Assembly (NCBI GenBank): GCA_963819475.1
Contig: CAWFWE010000009.1
Span: 16,104 to 80,103 of the forward strand
Length of the DNA: 64,000 nt
From: an uncultured Actinomycetes bacterium
Lineage (GTDB): Bacteria > Actinomycetota > Acidimicrobiia > IMCC26256 > DASPTH01
Direction: 5' to 3'
Position numbers and translations under genes: made by a program. Below the pieces are notes generated by a model. The model was not told the DNA's origin. It saw only the letters and a list, made by a program, of their open reading frames with translations, and searched no databases. Below, piece after piece: positions 1 through 8,789 of the stretch; within the stretch, counting starts at the first letter, position 1, and every line of letters begins with the position of its first letter.

Positions 1-187
1 GATTCGTGTAGTCGACCGGGACGGTCAGCGTCGCGCACTGCAACCGCTTGCCACACGCGCGCCACGCCGAGAGCCCGTTGCCGCTCGACGGGCCCGCGGC
101 CGCGGCCGCGCCGGCGGGTGCGACCGTCGCCCACGTCGCCACGACGCACGCGAGCGCGACGAAGCACGCGGACAGGCGCCGGGACAT
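1..187 (-). CDS. secreted alpha/beta hydrolase (tripeptidyl-aminopeptidase-like), N-terminal part only; the gene runs off the window start
   Basis: Reverse-strand ATG at 187..185 gives MSRRLSACFVALACVVATWATVAPAGAAAAAGPSSGNGLSAWRACGKRLQCATLTVPVDYTN. This is a signal peptide followed by the C...C.TL.VP.DY motif seen at the N-terminus of actinobacterial TAP-like hydrolases. It is absent from the ORF track because there is no stop inside the window. Confidence 0.5.
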   Translation of the reverse strand, partial: MSRRLSACFVALACVVATWATVAPAGAAAAAGPSSGNGLSAWRACGKRLQCATLTVPVDYTN

Positions 188-246
188 CGTTGCAATGTAC
201 TGGCCGGTCTCTGCGCCGGGACCGCGACCGCGGCCACTAGTTTCGG

Positions 247-1167
247 GTGATGCCTCCGCTCGACGTCGCCGGCAACCCGTTGTGCCTCGTCTCGGTGCAC
301 GCGCATCCCGACGACGAGGCGTCGAAGGGTGCGGGCACCGTCGCCCGGTACGCGGCCGACGGCATCCGGGCCGTGCTTGTGTGCTGCACCGGCGGCGAGG
401 AGGGCGAGATCCTCAACCCGGCGGTCGACACACCCGAGGTGCGCGCCGACCTGCAGGCGGTGCGCGAGGCGGAACTCCGCGCCAGCGTCGACGCCATCGG
501 GTACGCACGGCTCTACCTGCTCGGATACCGCGACTCGGGCATGCCCGACACCGAGGCGAACGCGCGCCCCGACAATTTCGCCAACGCGCCGCTCGGCGAG
601 GCGGTCGGGCGCCTGGTCAAGGTGATCCGGCGGGAAAGGCCGCAGGTGCTCGTCACCTACGGCGACGAGAGCGCGTTCTACCGGCACCCCGACCACCTGC
701 GGGTGCACGAGATCTCCGGCCCCGCGTTCGACGCGGCCGGCGACCCGGACCGCTACCCCGAGGCCGGTGAGCCGTGGCAGCCGGTGAAGCTGTACTACTC
801 CGGGTTCTCGTTCCGGCGGATCCGCGCGCTGCACGAGGCCTACGAGGCACGGGGGGAGGAGAGCCCCTACGCCGAGCGCATGGCCCAGTGGCCGACCGAC
901 GTCCAGATCACGCCGCCGACCACCTTCGTCGACGTCGGCGACTTCCTCGCCGCCCGGCGCGCCGCGCTGCTCGCGCACCGGACCCAGATCGATCCCGAGA
1001 GCCATTGGATGCGGGTGCCCGACGACCTCATGCGGAGCACGTTCCCGTGGGAGGAGTACGTGCTCGCCCGGTCGCTCGTCGCGGACACCGAGGAGCCGGA
1101 GACCGACCTGTTCGCAGGGGTGCGCGCGCCGACCGACGTGGCGCGGGAGGCGGAGGTGCGGGGGTGA
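247..1167 (+). CDS. mca: mycothiol S-conjugate amidase (LmbE/PIG-L deacetylase fold)
   Basis: 306-aa ORF with VHAHPDDE and HPDH metal-site motifs. It is collinear along its full length with the mycobacterial Mca pattern (ARYA..G..V.VV..TGGE.GEILNP...EPW.V.KLYY...LFAG). Confidence 0.85.
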   Translation: MMPPLDVAGNPLCLVSVHAHPDDEASKGAGTVARYAADGIRAVLVCCTGGEEGEILNPAVDTPEVRADLQAVREAELRASVDAIGYARLYLLGYRDSGMPDTEANARPDNFANAPLGEAVGRLVKVIRRERPQVLVTYGDESAFYRHPDHLRVHEISGPAFDAAGDPDRYPEAGEPWQPVKLYYSGFSFRRIRALHEAYEARGEESPYAERMAQWPTDVQITPPTTFVDVGDFLAARRAALLAHRTQIDPESHWMRVPDDLMRSTFPWEEYVLARSLVADTEEPETDLFAGVRAPTDVAREAEVRG

Positions 1168-1499
1168 GCGAGTTCCTCGACGACGAGTGGATCGCGTCGT
1201 GGGTCGGCCGGGGCACTGCGCCCGGCCCGACGGCCACGGTGCAGGTCGTGGTCACCGGGACCGACGTCCCCAACGACGGCAAGTGGCACCTGCGCCTCGA
1301 CGACGGCGTCGTGGCCGACGCCGCCGCGGGCACCGTCGCCGCGCCCGACCTCACGCTCACCGTCGCCTACCCGGAGGGAGCGGCGATGGCGACGGGGGAG
1401 CTCGACCCGAGCGTCGCCTTCATGCAGGGGCGGATGAAGACCGCGGGTGACCCGGGCCTGGTGCTCGACGTGCTGGCGGGCGCGGCTCAGGCGCGCTGA
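1164..1499 (+). CDS. SCP2 sterol-binding-domain protein
   Basis: GTG 1164 overlaps the mca stop (GTGA). The 111-aa product has C-terminal GELDPSVAFMQGRMKTAGDPGLVL, typical of SCP2 domains. GC3 is high. Confidence 0.7.
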   Translation: MSEFLDDEWIASWVGRGTAPGPTATVQVVVTGTDVPNDGKWHLRLDDGVVADAAAGTVAAPDLTLTVAYPEGAAMATGELDPSVAFMQGRMKTAGDPGLVLDVLAGAAQAR

Positions 1500-2317
1500 A
1501 GGTCGCGCAATTCGCGCCAGCCGACGACGGTCGCGCCGGCGCGTTCCACGAGATCGCGCAACGAAGGGTCATGGCGCAGCGCCACGTGGTCCTCCACCCG
1601 CCCCGACCAGTCGAGCCCGCACGCGGCGCGCAGCTCGTCGGCGTCGATCCCGGGATGGACCGAGATCTCGGTGACCCCGGCGGGGAGCTCGAACAGGAGC
1701 CGTTCGAGCCGACGGCGGGCCCCCGGCGGGCTCACGACCACCTGGTCGGGGAACACCACGCCCTCGTCCGCGGCCAGGCGGCGGAACGGGAACCCGGCCA
1801 CCCGTTCGTCGATGCCGTCGCCGAGCCGGAGCGGCAGGCCGAAGTCGACCGCCAGCTCGAGGTACACGTCGAAGAACTCGGGCCGGAGCTGCATCGCGCC
1901 GAGGTGGCTGGCGAGGTGGCTCACGTCGAAGCCCCACACGATGGCCCGCTCGACCTGGGCCCGGCACTCCCGCCGCACCTCCTCCAGGTCGGCGTGCTCC
2001 CAGGCGTCCTCGATCGTGCGCGGGAAGCCGCCGTCGCCGTCGAGCAGGCTCGGCGCATGGGTGAGCGGCCCCCAGCGGTACGTGTCGAGCTCGGCGTTGA
2101 GGGTGAGGTTCACGCCGATGTCCTCACCCCGGTAGCCGGCGGCGGCGTCGCGCGCCCACGGGCACGGAACCATCAGCGCCGCGCTCGACGCCAGGCCGTG
2201 GCGCAGCGCGTCGTAGGTGGCGACGTTGCTGGCGTGGGTCAGGCCGAGGTCGTCGCACGTGACGATCAGCAACTTGGCGTCGGCCGGGTGTCCGAGCCGC
2301 TCGGCGAGCGTGGCCAT
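1487..2317 (-). CDS. YdjC/ChbG-family carbohydrate deacetylase
   Basis: 276 aa. N-terminal LLIVTCDDLGLTHASN and later SHLASHLG resemble the YdjC family. Confidence 0.8.
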   Translation of the reverse strand: MATLAERLGHPADAKLLIVTCDDLGLTHASNVATYDALRHGLASSAALMVPCPWARDAAAGYRGEDIGVNLTLNAELDTYRWGPLTHAPSLLDGDGGFPRTIEDAWEHADLEEVRRECRAQVERAIVWGFDVSHLASHLGAMQLRPEFFDVYLELAVDFGLPLRLGDGIDERVAGFPFRRLAADEGVVFPDQVVVSPPGARRRLERLLFELPAGVTEISVHPGIDADELRAACGLDWSGRVEDHVALRHDPSLRDLVERAGATVVGWRELRDLQRA

Positions 2318-2369
2318 GGGGCGATCAGCGTACTTCCGGGCCCGGTCGTGCTGGCTAGCCTCCGGACTC

Positions 2370-2999
2370 GTGCGGATCCGGTGGTTGTTGCTCGGCGTCG
2401 CCGTGCTCGCGCTCGCCGGTTGTCAGGGGGGTGGGTCGAACGACGCCGCGTCGAGCACGACGAGCATCGCACCCACGACGACGGCGCCGGTCACCGCCGC
2501 GCCGCCGCGCGCATGCCCGCCCTTCGCCGGGTCGACCACCGCGCTGCAGTCGGTCGGGCCCACCGCGCCGGCGGCGCTCACCGACGCGACCGCCGGTGCC
2601 GACGGCTGCCTCGACCGGGTCACCTTCACGCTGCGGTCGCTGGGGAACGGCACGCCGCCGGGGTACGTGGTCGGCTACCAGGACCCGGCGGCGAACCCGT
2701 TCCTCGACGGTGACCCGCCCGCACCGATCTCGCTGCCCGGCGACGCGTTCCTCGTGGTGAAGATCGCGCCCGCGCTCAGCATCGACCCGTCGGTCGAGGG
2801 GCAGCCGGCGACGTACACGGGCAATCTCGCGCTCGAGTACGGCGACCACCACCACCTGCAGATCGTGCGCAAGCTGCCCGACGCGCAGGACACGGTGGTG
2901 TGGGTCATCGGCCTCGACTCACGGCGGCCCTTCCGTGTCGACCGCTCGGAGGACGGGCGCGCTCCGGGCATCGTGCGCGTGTCGGTGCTGATCGGCTGA
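2370..2999 (+). CDS. lipoprotein of unknown function
   Basis: GTG 2370 lies inside ORF 2217..2999. VRIRWLLLGVAVLALAGCQGG is a signal peptide with the lipobox LAGC. No catalytic motif recognised. Confidence 0.6.
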   Translation: MRIRWLLLGVAVLALAGCQGGGSNDAASSTTSIAPTTTAPVTAAPPRACPPFAGSTTALQSVGPTAPAALTDATAGADGCLDRVTFTLRSLGNGTPPGYVVGYQDPAANPFLDGDPPAPISLPGDAFLVVKIAPALSIDPSVEGQPATYTGNLALEYGDHHHLQIVRKLPDAQDTVVWVIGLDSRRPFRVDRSEDGRAPGIVRVSVLIG

Positions 3000-3018
3000 C
3001 GGCCGACCCGGCCCCGGC

Positions 3019-3997
3019 TCAGGTGAGGTCGAGAACGATGGTGCCGAACACCGCGTCCGCCGCGAGGAGGTCGTACGCCTCGCGGGCGCCGTCCAGGGGC
3101 ACCGTGCGGGCGACCACCGGATGCACCTCGCCGCGCGCGAGCCGCGGCACGACGTCGCGGGTGAACGCTTCGGTCGCGTCCGCCTTCTCCTCGACCGAAC
3201 GCCCGCGGAGCATGGTGCCGAACACGCGCATGCGCTTGTACATGAGCGCGCCGAGATCGAGCTGCGTGCGCGATCCCGCCATCAGACCGATGAGCACGAC
3301 GCGGCCGCGCGGCCCGGCGACTGCGAGGTCGGTGACGAGGTAGTTGCCACCGACCAGCTCCAGGGTGACGTCGACCGGCCCCGCGGCCGCGGTGATGTCG
3401 GCGGCGAGGGCGGTGGGGTCGAGCTCGCGTGGTGCGAGCACGGCGTGGTCGAGCCCGAGCTCGCGACAGCGCTCCAACTTCTCCGGGGTGCGGGCGGTGC
3501 CCACCACCGTGCAGCCGGACGCCCGGCCGAGCTGCAGCGCGGCGGTGCCGACGCCGGAGCCGACCGCGTGGACGAGCAGGGTCTCCCCGGGATGGAGCGC
3601 GGCCTGGGTGACCATCGCGTCGTGCGCGGTGATGAACGCCTCAGGCACGCCGCCGGCCTCCACGAGGCCGAGCCGTTCGGGGACCGGCGCGCACTGCGTG
3701 GCGGGCACCGCCAGCAGCTCCGCCTGGGCGCCGCCGCCGGCGATGCCGAACACCCGGGCGCCGCGCGGGCGCAGTGACGCCGGGGCCGAGCGCGACGACC
3801 TCGCCCGCGAACTCGAGCCCGGGGATGTCGGGCGGCGAGCCGGGCGGCGCCGCGTAGTTCCCCGAGAGCTGCGCGAGATCGGCGCGGTTCAGGCCGGCGC
3901 CGTGCACCCGTACGAGGACCTCCCCCGGCCCCGGTTCGGGATCGGGCCGGGTCTCCACCCGCAGCTGGGCATCGGGGGTGATCACCAGCGCCCGCAC
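3019..3997 (-). pseudogene. NADPH:quinone oxidoreductase (MDR family), reading frame interrupted once
   Basis: GTG 3997 gives VRALVITPDAQLRVETRPDPEPGPGEVLVRVHGAGLNRADL...GLEFAGEVVALGPGVT in the frame of ORF 3641..6661. The protein continues as VFGIAGGGAQAELLAVP...HAVGSGVGTAALQLGR...TIVLDLT in ORF 3019..3753. The frame switch lies within about 3755-3780 (CCGCGCGG tract). The span is 979 nt (3n+1). A sequencing error is not excluded. Confidence 0.75.
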
Positions 3998-4042
3998 CCC
4001 GCGACCGTAGCGCCCGCGGGGGCGCTCCCTTGCGGCGCTACG

Positions 4043-4408
4043 GTGCGACCCGTGGCCGGCCCGGACCTCGTGATCTTCGACGCCGACGGCGAGGAGCTCG
4101 CCTTCGACGCGGCCGAGGCGTCGAGCCTGTTCACCCTCACCGGCAACCTCGACGCGGCGACGGTGTCGGCCTGCCCGCGATGTCGGAGCCGGGTCGTGGC
4201 CGTCGTGGCCCTCACCGACCTCCTTGCCGACGCGCCTCCGTTCGCCCGCTCCGGCGAGTTGTTCGCGCTCGCCGACGACGCGCCGACGCTGCACCTGTAC
4301 GTGCGCGACCTGCAGACCGCGTGCACGCACCGCACGTGGCTCGACCCGGGCGCGGAGGAGTGGGCCGACGTCGTCGCCGAGCTGGCAGGTCCGTCGATCC
4401 TGCGCTGA
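4043..4408 (+). CDS. hypothetical protein
   Basis: C-terminal part of ORF 3344..4408, taken from GTG 4043 (alternative GTG 4052). Acidic, high-GC3 coding pattern; contains a CPRC motif. No family recognised. Confidence 0.55.
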   Translation: MRPVAGPDLVIFDADGEELAFDAAEASSLFTLTGNLDAATVSACPRCRSRVVAVVALTDLLADAPPFARSGELFALADDAPTLHLYVRDLQTACTHRTWLDPGAEEWADVVAELAGPSILR

Positions 4409-4437
4409 CGCGACCCGACGAACCGGCGTCGCCCGGG

Positions 4438-5026
4438 TCAGCGGGGGATGCGGGTGCGCTTGAACTCGTTGAGACGCGACCACGGCAGCAGGTCGAGGAC
4501 CCGCTCCAGGTCGTCGACTCGACCGCGCTCCATGAACCGCACGAACACCGCCTCGTCGCCCTCGATGTAGGTCGGCACGCCGAACACCGCCCAGCGGTCG
4601 ACCGCCTCGGTGTGCTCGGTGGCCAGCGTCTTGAGCGGCCGGCCGCTGTGGGCCTCCTCGGCCACCGCGTCGGCGTCGAGCCCGGCCTCCGTGACCGCGG
4701 CGCGCAGGACGTCCTCGTCCTTCAATTGAAGGCCCCGGTCGTGGCGGGTGGCGAAGAGCGCGAGATGGGCGTCGAAGAAGCGCTCGGGGAACGCGTCCCG
4801 CACCGCGATCCCGTAGAGGAGCGAGAGCACGCCCGAACCCCACTCCGAGGGGTCGCGCTCCCACATGGGGGGCGCACCCTCCTCGACGTGGATCTGGTCG
4901 AGCGAGAACGGGGTGAACCGGAAGTCGACGTCGCTGCCGGCGCGCGAGCGCGGCGATCACCGCGGCGTTGCCGTTGTAGGCGAAGGGGCACCGGTAGTCG
5001 AAGGTGACGGCGATCGAACGGCTCAC
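4438..5026 (-). pseudogene. DsbA-like thioredoxin-fold protein, reading frame interrupted once
   Basis: GTG 5026 is preceded by GGAGG. VSRSIAVTFDYRCPFAYNGNAAVIAALAR lies in the 3641..6661 frame. It then continues as GSDVDFRFTPFSLDQIHVEEGAPPMWERDPSEWGSG... in the frame of ORF 4438..4866. The switch is at about 4938-4946 (CGCGCGCC). The span is 589 nt (3n+1). Confidence 0.75.
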
Positions 5027-5114
5027 GGGCGGACCTCCGAGGTTCCGTGGGGACGACCTGCTCATTGGTTGTGCGCTCAACGATACCCGACCGGAGAGGT
5101 CGGTAATCAGGGCC

Positions 5115-5639
5115 TCAGCCGAGCGGCACGACCCGCCGGGCGATCGCGCCCAGCACGAGACCCAGGGCGGCGCCGGCGACGACGTCGGACGAGTGGTGCA
5201 TCTGGGTGTACACGCGGCTCGCGGCCACCATCGCCGCCAGCGCGAACCACAGCGGCGTGGCCGGCCCACCGGCGAGGAGCATCGCCGCGGTGAACGCCGA
5301 CGCTGCGTGGCCCGACGGGAACGAGCTCGAGATGGGCCGGTGCATGCCGTAGGGCAGCGGCCCCGCGGGCGGGTGGTCGTCCTCCGGGCGCACCCTTCGA
5401 AAGCACGCCTTGATCGGCCCGTTCGTGAGCAACGACTCGGTGCCGAGCGCCGCAGCCATGCGCAGGGCGATCGCCGGGTCGCCGCGCCGGGCCGCACGCC
5501 CGGCGCCGACGAGCAGCCACAGCAGCCCGTGGTCCGCCGCGCTGGACAGACCGTAGAACACCGGATCGAGCTGCGGCGAGCGGATGCGCTCCACCAGCGC
5601 GTCGACCCGGAGGTCGAACGCGTGCACCCGCGAGAACAT
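5115..5639 (-). CDS. PAP2-family phosphatase
   Basis: 174 aa with the three PAP2 motifs KACFRRVRP, FPSGHAAS and SRVYTQMHHSSDV; hydrophobic segments present. Confidence 0.88.
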   Translation of the reverse strand: MFSRVHAFDLRVDALVERIRSPQLDPVFYGLSSAADHGLLWLLVGAGRAARRGDPAIALRMAAALGTESLLTNGPIKACFRRVRPEDDHPPAGPLPYGMHRPISSSFPSGHAASAFTAAMLLAGGPATPLWFALAAMVAASRVYTQMHHSSDVVAGAALGLVLGAIARRVVPLG

Positions 5640-5684
5640 CGGCCGAGGCTACCGGGCCGTGGAACGTCGCCGGTGGGGTGGTGG

Positions 5685-6531
5685 TCAGCCGGCCGGGACG
5701 AGGGGCAGCGGCAACGAGGGCTCGATGACCGTGCCGGGACCACGCAGCTCGAGCGCGTCGACCGGATCGCCGCCGTGGGCCGGGCAGTACGGCTTGAACG
5801 TGCAGAAGTCGCACAGGCGACCGGGCTTCGGCTTGAAGTCCTCGCGGGTGCACACGTTGGCGATCGCGTCGTAGAGCGCGGCGGTGCGGCGCTCGACGCC
5901 CCGGATGGACTGGTCGGTGGGGGTGGCGATGATCGCCTCGGGCTTCGACAGGTAGAAGAGCTGCACGCGCGGGGCGGCGGCCGAGCATGCGCTCGCAGAG
6001 CAGCGCGTACATGTGGACGCCGCTCAGGCTCTTGGCCTCCCACAGCTCCGACGGCACCGATCCGGTCTTGTAGTCGGTGACCACGAACTCGCCGTGCTCG
6101 TCGAGCTCGAGGCGGTCGATGATGCCCCGCAGCCGGGTGCGGCCCAGGTCGGCCTCGAGCTTGAGCTCCAGGCCGATGGGGCGGACGGTGCGCGGGTCCT
6201 CGAGCTCGAAGTACTTCCGCACCAGCGACTCGGCGTCGGCGTCGAAGCGGGCCCACTCCTCCTCCGTGAGGTCGAGGTCGGCGAAGTCGGGGTGGGGTGC
6301 GAGCTCGACCCGGGCCGCGGTGAGATCGGTCAGCGCGGCGTCGAGCGAGCGCTCGTCGGCCGGACGGTCGAGGAGCAGCTCCAAGGCCCGGTGGACCAGC
6401 GTGCCCTTCGTGGTCCACGGCGCGGGCGGCTCCGGCAGCCGCTCGAGGTAGGAGAACCGGAACGCGAGGGGGCACTCCTTGAACGACGAGCAGGAGCTCG
6501 GAGACAGCGACCAGGGGGGCGCGAAGCTCAT
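5685..6531 (-). pseudogene. RecB/Cas4-like PD-(D/E)XK nuclease with Cys cluster, reading frame interrupted once
   Basis: ATG 6531 gives MSFAPPWSLSPSSCSSFKECPLAFRFSYLERL...IIDRLELDEHGEFVVTDYKTG...GVHMYALLCERMLGRRPA in ORF 5107..6645. It continues as VQLFYLSKPEAII...CDFCTFKPYCPAH in ORF 5685..5966. The switch is at about 5967-5972 (CCGCGCGT). The span is 847 nt (3n+1). Confidence 0.78.
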
Positions 6532-6659
6532 CGATCGGAGGGTAACGCGGGGGTGTGACAGGGAAGCGGATGCCGCAGAGCGGCGAGCGTCGGCGAGCAA
6601 GCGGATAGCGTCCGGGGGCCCGGGCCAAGAGAACACGGGTGCCACGAGAGGAGCGCGCC

Positions 6660-7673
6660 ATGAAGGTCGACGGGATGCTCGGAGCGGGCTTCGACGGCGT
6701 CGCCGAGCAGGCCCGACAGCTCGAGGCCGACGGCTACGACGGCGGCGTCACCGCCGAGATGGGCCACGACCCGTTCTTCCCGCTCGTGCTGGCGGCGCAG
6801 GCCACCGAGCGGCTCGAGGTGGCAACCGGCGTCGCCATCGCGTTCGCCCGCACCCCCATGACGCTGGCGATGATCGCCAACGACGTGCAGCTCGCGTCGA
6901 AGGGTCGCTTCTCGCTCGGGATCGGCAGTCAGATCAAGCCGCACATCGAGCGGCGGTTCTCGATGCCGTGGTCACATCCCGCGGCGCGGATGCGCGAGTT
7001 CGTGCTCGCGATGCGCGCCATCTGGTCGGCGTGGAACACCGGCGAGAAGCTCGACTTCCGCGGCGAGTTCTACACGCACACGCTGATGACGCCGTTCTTC
7101 AGTCCGGGCCCGAACCCGTACGGAACGCCGAAGGTGATGATGGCGGCGGTCGGCGACAAGATGACCGAGGTCGCCGGTGAGGTGGCCGACGGCATGATCC
7201 TCCACCCGTTCACCACCGAGAAGTACGTGCGGGACGTGACGCTGCCGGGGCTGCAGCGCGGGTTCGCCGCCGCCGGCAAGACCCGCGCCGAGTTCACCCT
7301 CGCGCTGCCCCTCTTCGTCGTGACCGGCACCAGCGACGAAGAGTGGGCGGCGGCGCGCAAGGGGACGCGGGAGCAGATCGCGTTCTACGGGTCGACGCCG
7401 GGGTACCACGGGGTGCTGCGCCTGCACGGCTGGGAGGACGTGGGCGCCGAGCTCAACCAGCTGTCGCGGCGCGGCGAGTGGGTGGCGATGGGCGAGCTGA
7501 TCACCGACGAGATGCTGGAGACGTTCGCGGTGGTCGCGCCGCCCGGCGATCTCGCCGCCGGCATCGTGGCCCGCTACGGCGACGTGCTCGACCGGGTCAG
7601 CTTCGACGCCCCGTACGCCTCTGCTCCCGCGGTCTGGACCCAGCTCGTCGCCGACCTCGGGGACGCCCGCTGA
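6660..7673 (+). CDS. LLM-class F420-dependent oxidoreductase
   Basis: ATG 6660 follows GAGAGGAG. MKVDGML...GYDGGVTAEMGHDPFFPL...GRFSLGIGSQIKPHIERRFSMPW matches the luciferase-like monooxygenase family pattern. Confidence 0.85.
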   Translation: MKVDGMLGAGFDGVAEQARQLEADGYDGGVTAEMGHDPFFPLVLAAQATERLEVATGVAIAFARTPMTLAMIANDVQLASKGRFSLGIGSQIKPHIERRFSMPWSHPAARMREFVLAMRAIWSAWNTGEKLDFRGEFYTHTLMTPFFSPGPNPYGTPKVMMAAVGDKMTEVAGEVADGMILHPFTTEKYVRDVTLPGLQRGFAAAGKTRAEFTLALPLFVVTGTSDEEWAAARKGTREQIAFYGSTPGYHGVLRLHGWEDVGAELNQLSRRGEWVAMGELITDEMLETFAVVAPPGDLAAGIVARYGDVLDRVSFDAPYASAPAVWTQLVADLGDAR

Positions 7674-7674
7674 C

Positions 7675-8079
7675 GTGACCGATCCGGCCGAGGCCGTCCG
7701 CGAGGCGAACTCGGCGTTCTACGCCGCGCTCGAGTCGTGCGACCTCGATGCCATGGCCGACCTCTGGGAGCACTCCGACCGGGTCTCGGTGACGCACCCG
7801 GGGTGGCCGATGCTGCGCGGCTGGGCCAAGGTCGCCGGCTCGTGGGACGCCATCTTCCGGAACACCGGCTACATCCAGTTCGTGCTCACCGACGAGCAGG
7901 TCGTGGTGGTCGGCGACACCGCGTGGGTGACCCTCGACGAGAACATCCTGCAGTCGGCCGGCAGCGACGAGCTGTCCGGATCACGCGCGACCGCGGTCAA
8001 CCTGTTCGTGCGGGCGCGCGAGGGTGACGGCTGGGTCATGGTCGTGCACCACAGCTCGCCGGTCGCGGGCGACGGCTAG
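7675..8079 (+). CDS. SnoaL/NTF2-like (DUF4440-type) protein
   Basis: 134-aa ORF with a GTG start one nt after the previous stop. ANSAFYAALESCDLDAMADLW...W..V..HSSP is the pattern of NTF2-fold proteins. Confidence 0.75.
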   Translation: MTDPAEAVREANSAFYAALESCDLDAMADLWEHSDRVSVTHPGWPMLRGWAKVAGSWDAIFRNTGYIQFVLTDEQVVVVGDTAWVTLDENILQSAGSDELSGSRATAVNLFVRAREGDGWVMVVHHSSPVAGDG

Positions 8080-8789
8080 CTGCGCAGGGGGAGCTTCGAC
8101 GCGATCCAGGCCTCGAGCGAAGGGCCGCTCTCGAAGCTCGAGATCAGCGCGTAGCGCGGCGCGGCGCCGGTGTGGCACACGACGTGCCAAAGCCGTTGGG
8201 TGTCGACGACGAACCGCGACCCGCGGTGCAGCGGGACGCGGACCTCGGTGCTCGGGTCGGGCAGACCGTCGGCGCCCTGCTCCATGAGGACCATGAAGCT
8301 GTCGGGGTTGTCGGTGAGCTCGATCCACGAGCGGACGACCCAGCCGTCGGTGTCGGGGTTGAACCGGTTGTTGTCGTCGCGGTGGATCTGACGCAGCGCT
8401 TCGTCGTAGGGCTGCGGCTCCAACTTGATCACGCGCACGCGACCGAAGTCGGCGCCGACCGACTCCACCTCGGCGACGATGCTCGGGCACCGCGGCGCGT
8501 TCGACGTGAACCGGCCACCCTTGTCGGGGCGCTCCTCGCCCGGCTTCCAGAAGCCTCGACAGTCGAGCTCGCCGTCGGCGGTGGCGACGGGGGCGAAGTT
8601 GGTGTCGCCGCCGCTCTTCCAGTCCATGTACTCGAGACCGAGGTACTCCGACTCCGGGATCGGCCGTTCGAGATCGCGCAGCACGACGTACCCGTGCTCG
8701 GACAGCGCGCCGACTCGCGGGTGCGGGGTGTCGAGGGGGATGTCGGTGGACCAGTGGGGCGTGTTCAACCAGTGGTCAGTGACGGCCAT
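8076..8789 (-). CDS. hypothetical protein, possibly a cupin-type Fe(II)/2OG oxygenase-like fold
   Basis: 237-aa ORF with high GC3. There is a candidate H-x-D...H facial triad (IHRDDNN ... WHVVCH). The family assignment is tentative. Confidence 0.6.
   Translation of the reverse strand: MAVTDHWLNTPHWSTDIPLDTPHPRVGALSEHGYVVLRDLERPIPESEYLGLEYMDWKSGGDTNFAPVATADGELDCRGFWKPGEERPDKGGRFTSNAPRCPSIVAEVESVGADFGRVRVIKLEPQPYDEALRQIHRDDNNRFNPDTDGWVVRSWIELTDNPDSFMVLMEQGADGLPDPSTEVRVPLHRGSRFVVDTQRLWHVVCHTGAAPRYALISSFESGPSLEAWIASKLPLRS

Noticed and set aside
3641-6661. 1006-aa ORF on the minus strand, the longest apparent gene in the first 10 kb
   Set aside because: It is a chimera. Only short stretches are real coding sequence (the N-termini of the QOR and DsbA-like genes). 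The rest is Arg/Pro/Ala/Gly-rich out-of-frame read-through across the PAP2 and RecB-like genes. It exists only because GC-rich sequence lacks stop codons and because of the three frame slips.
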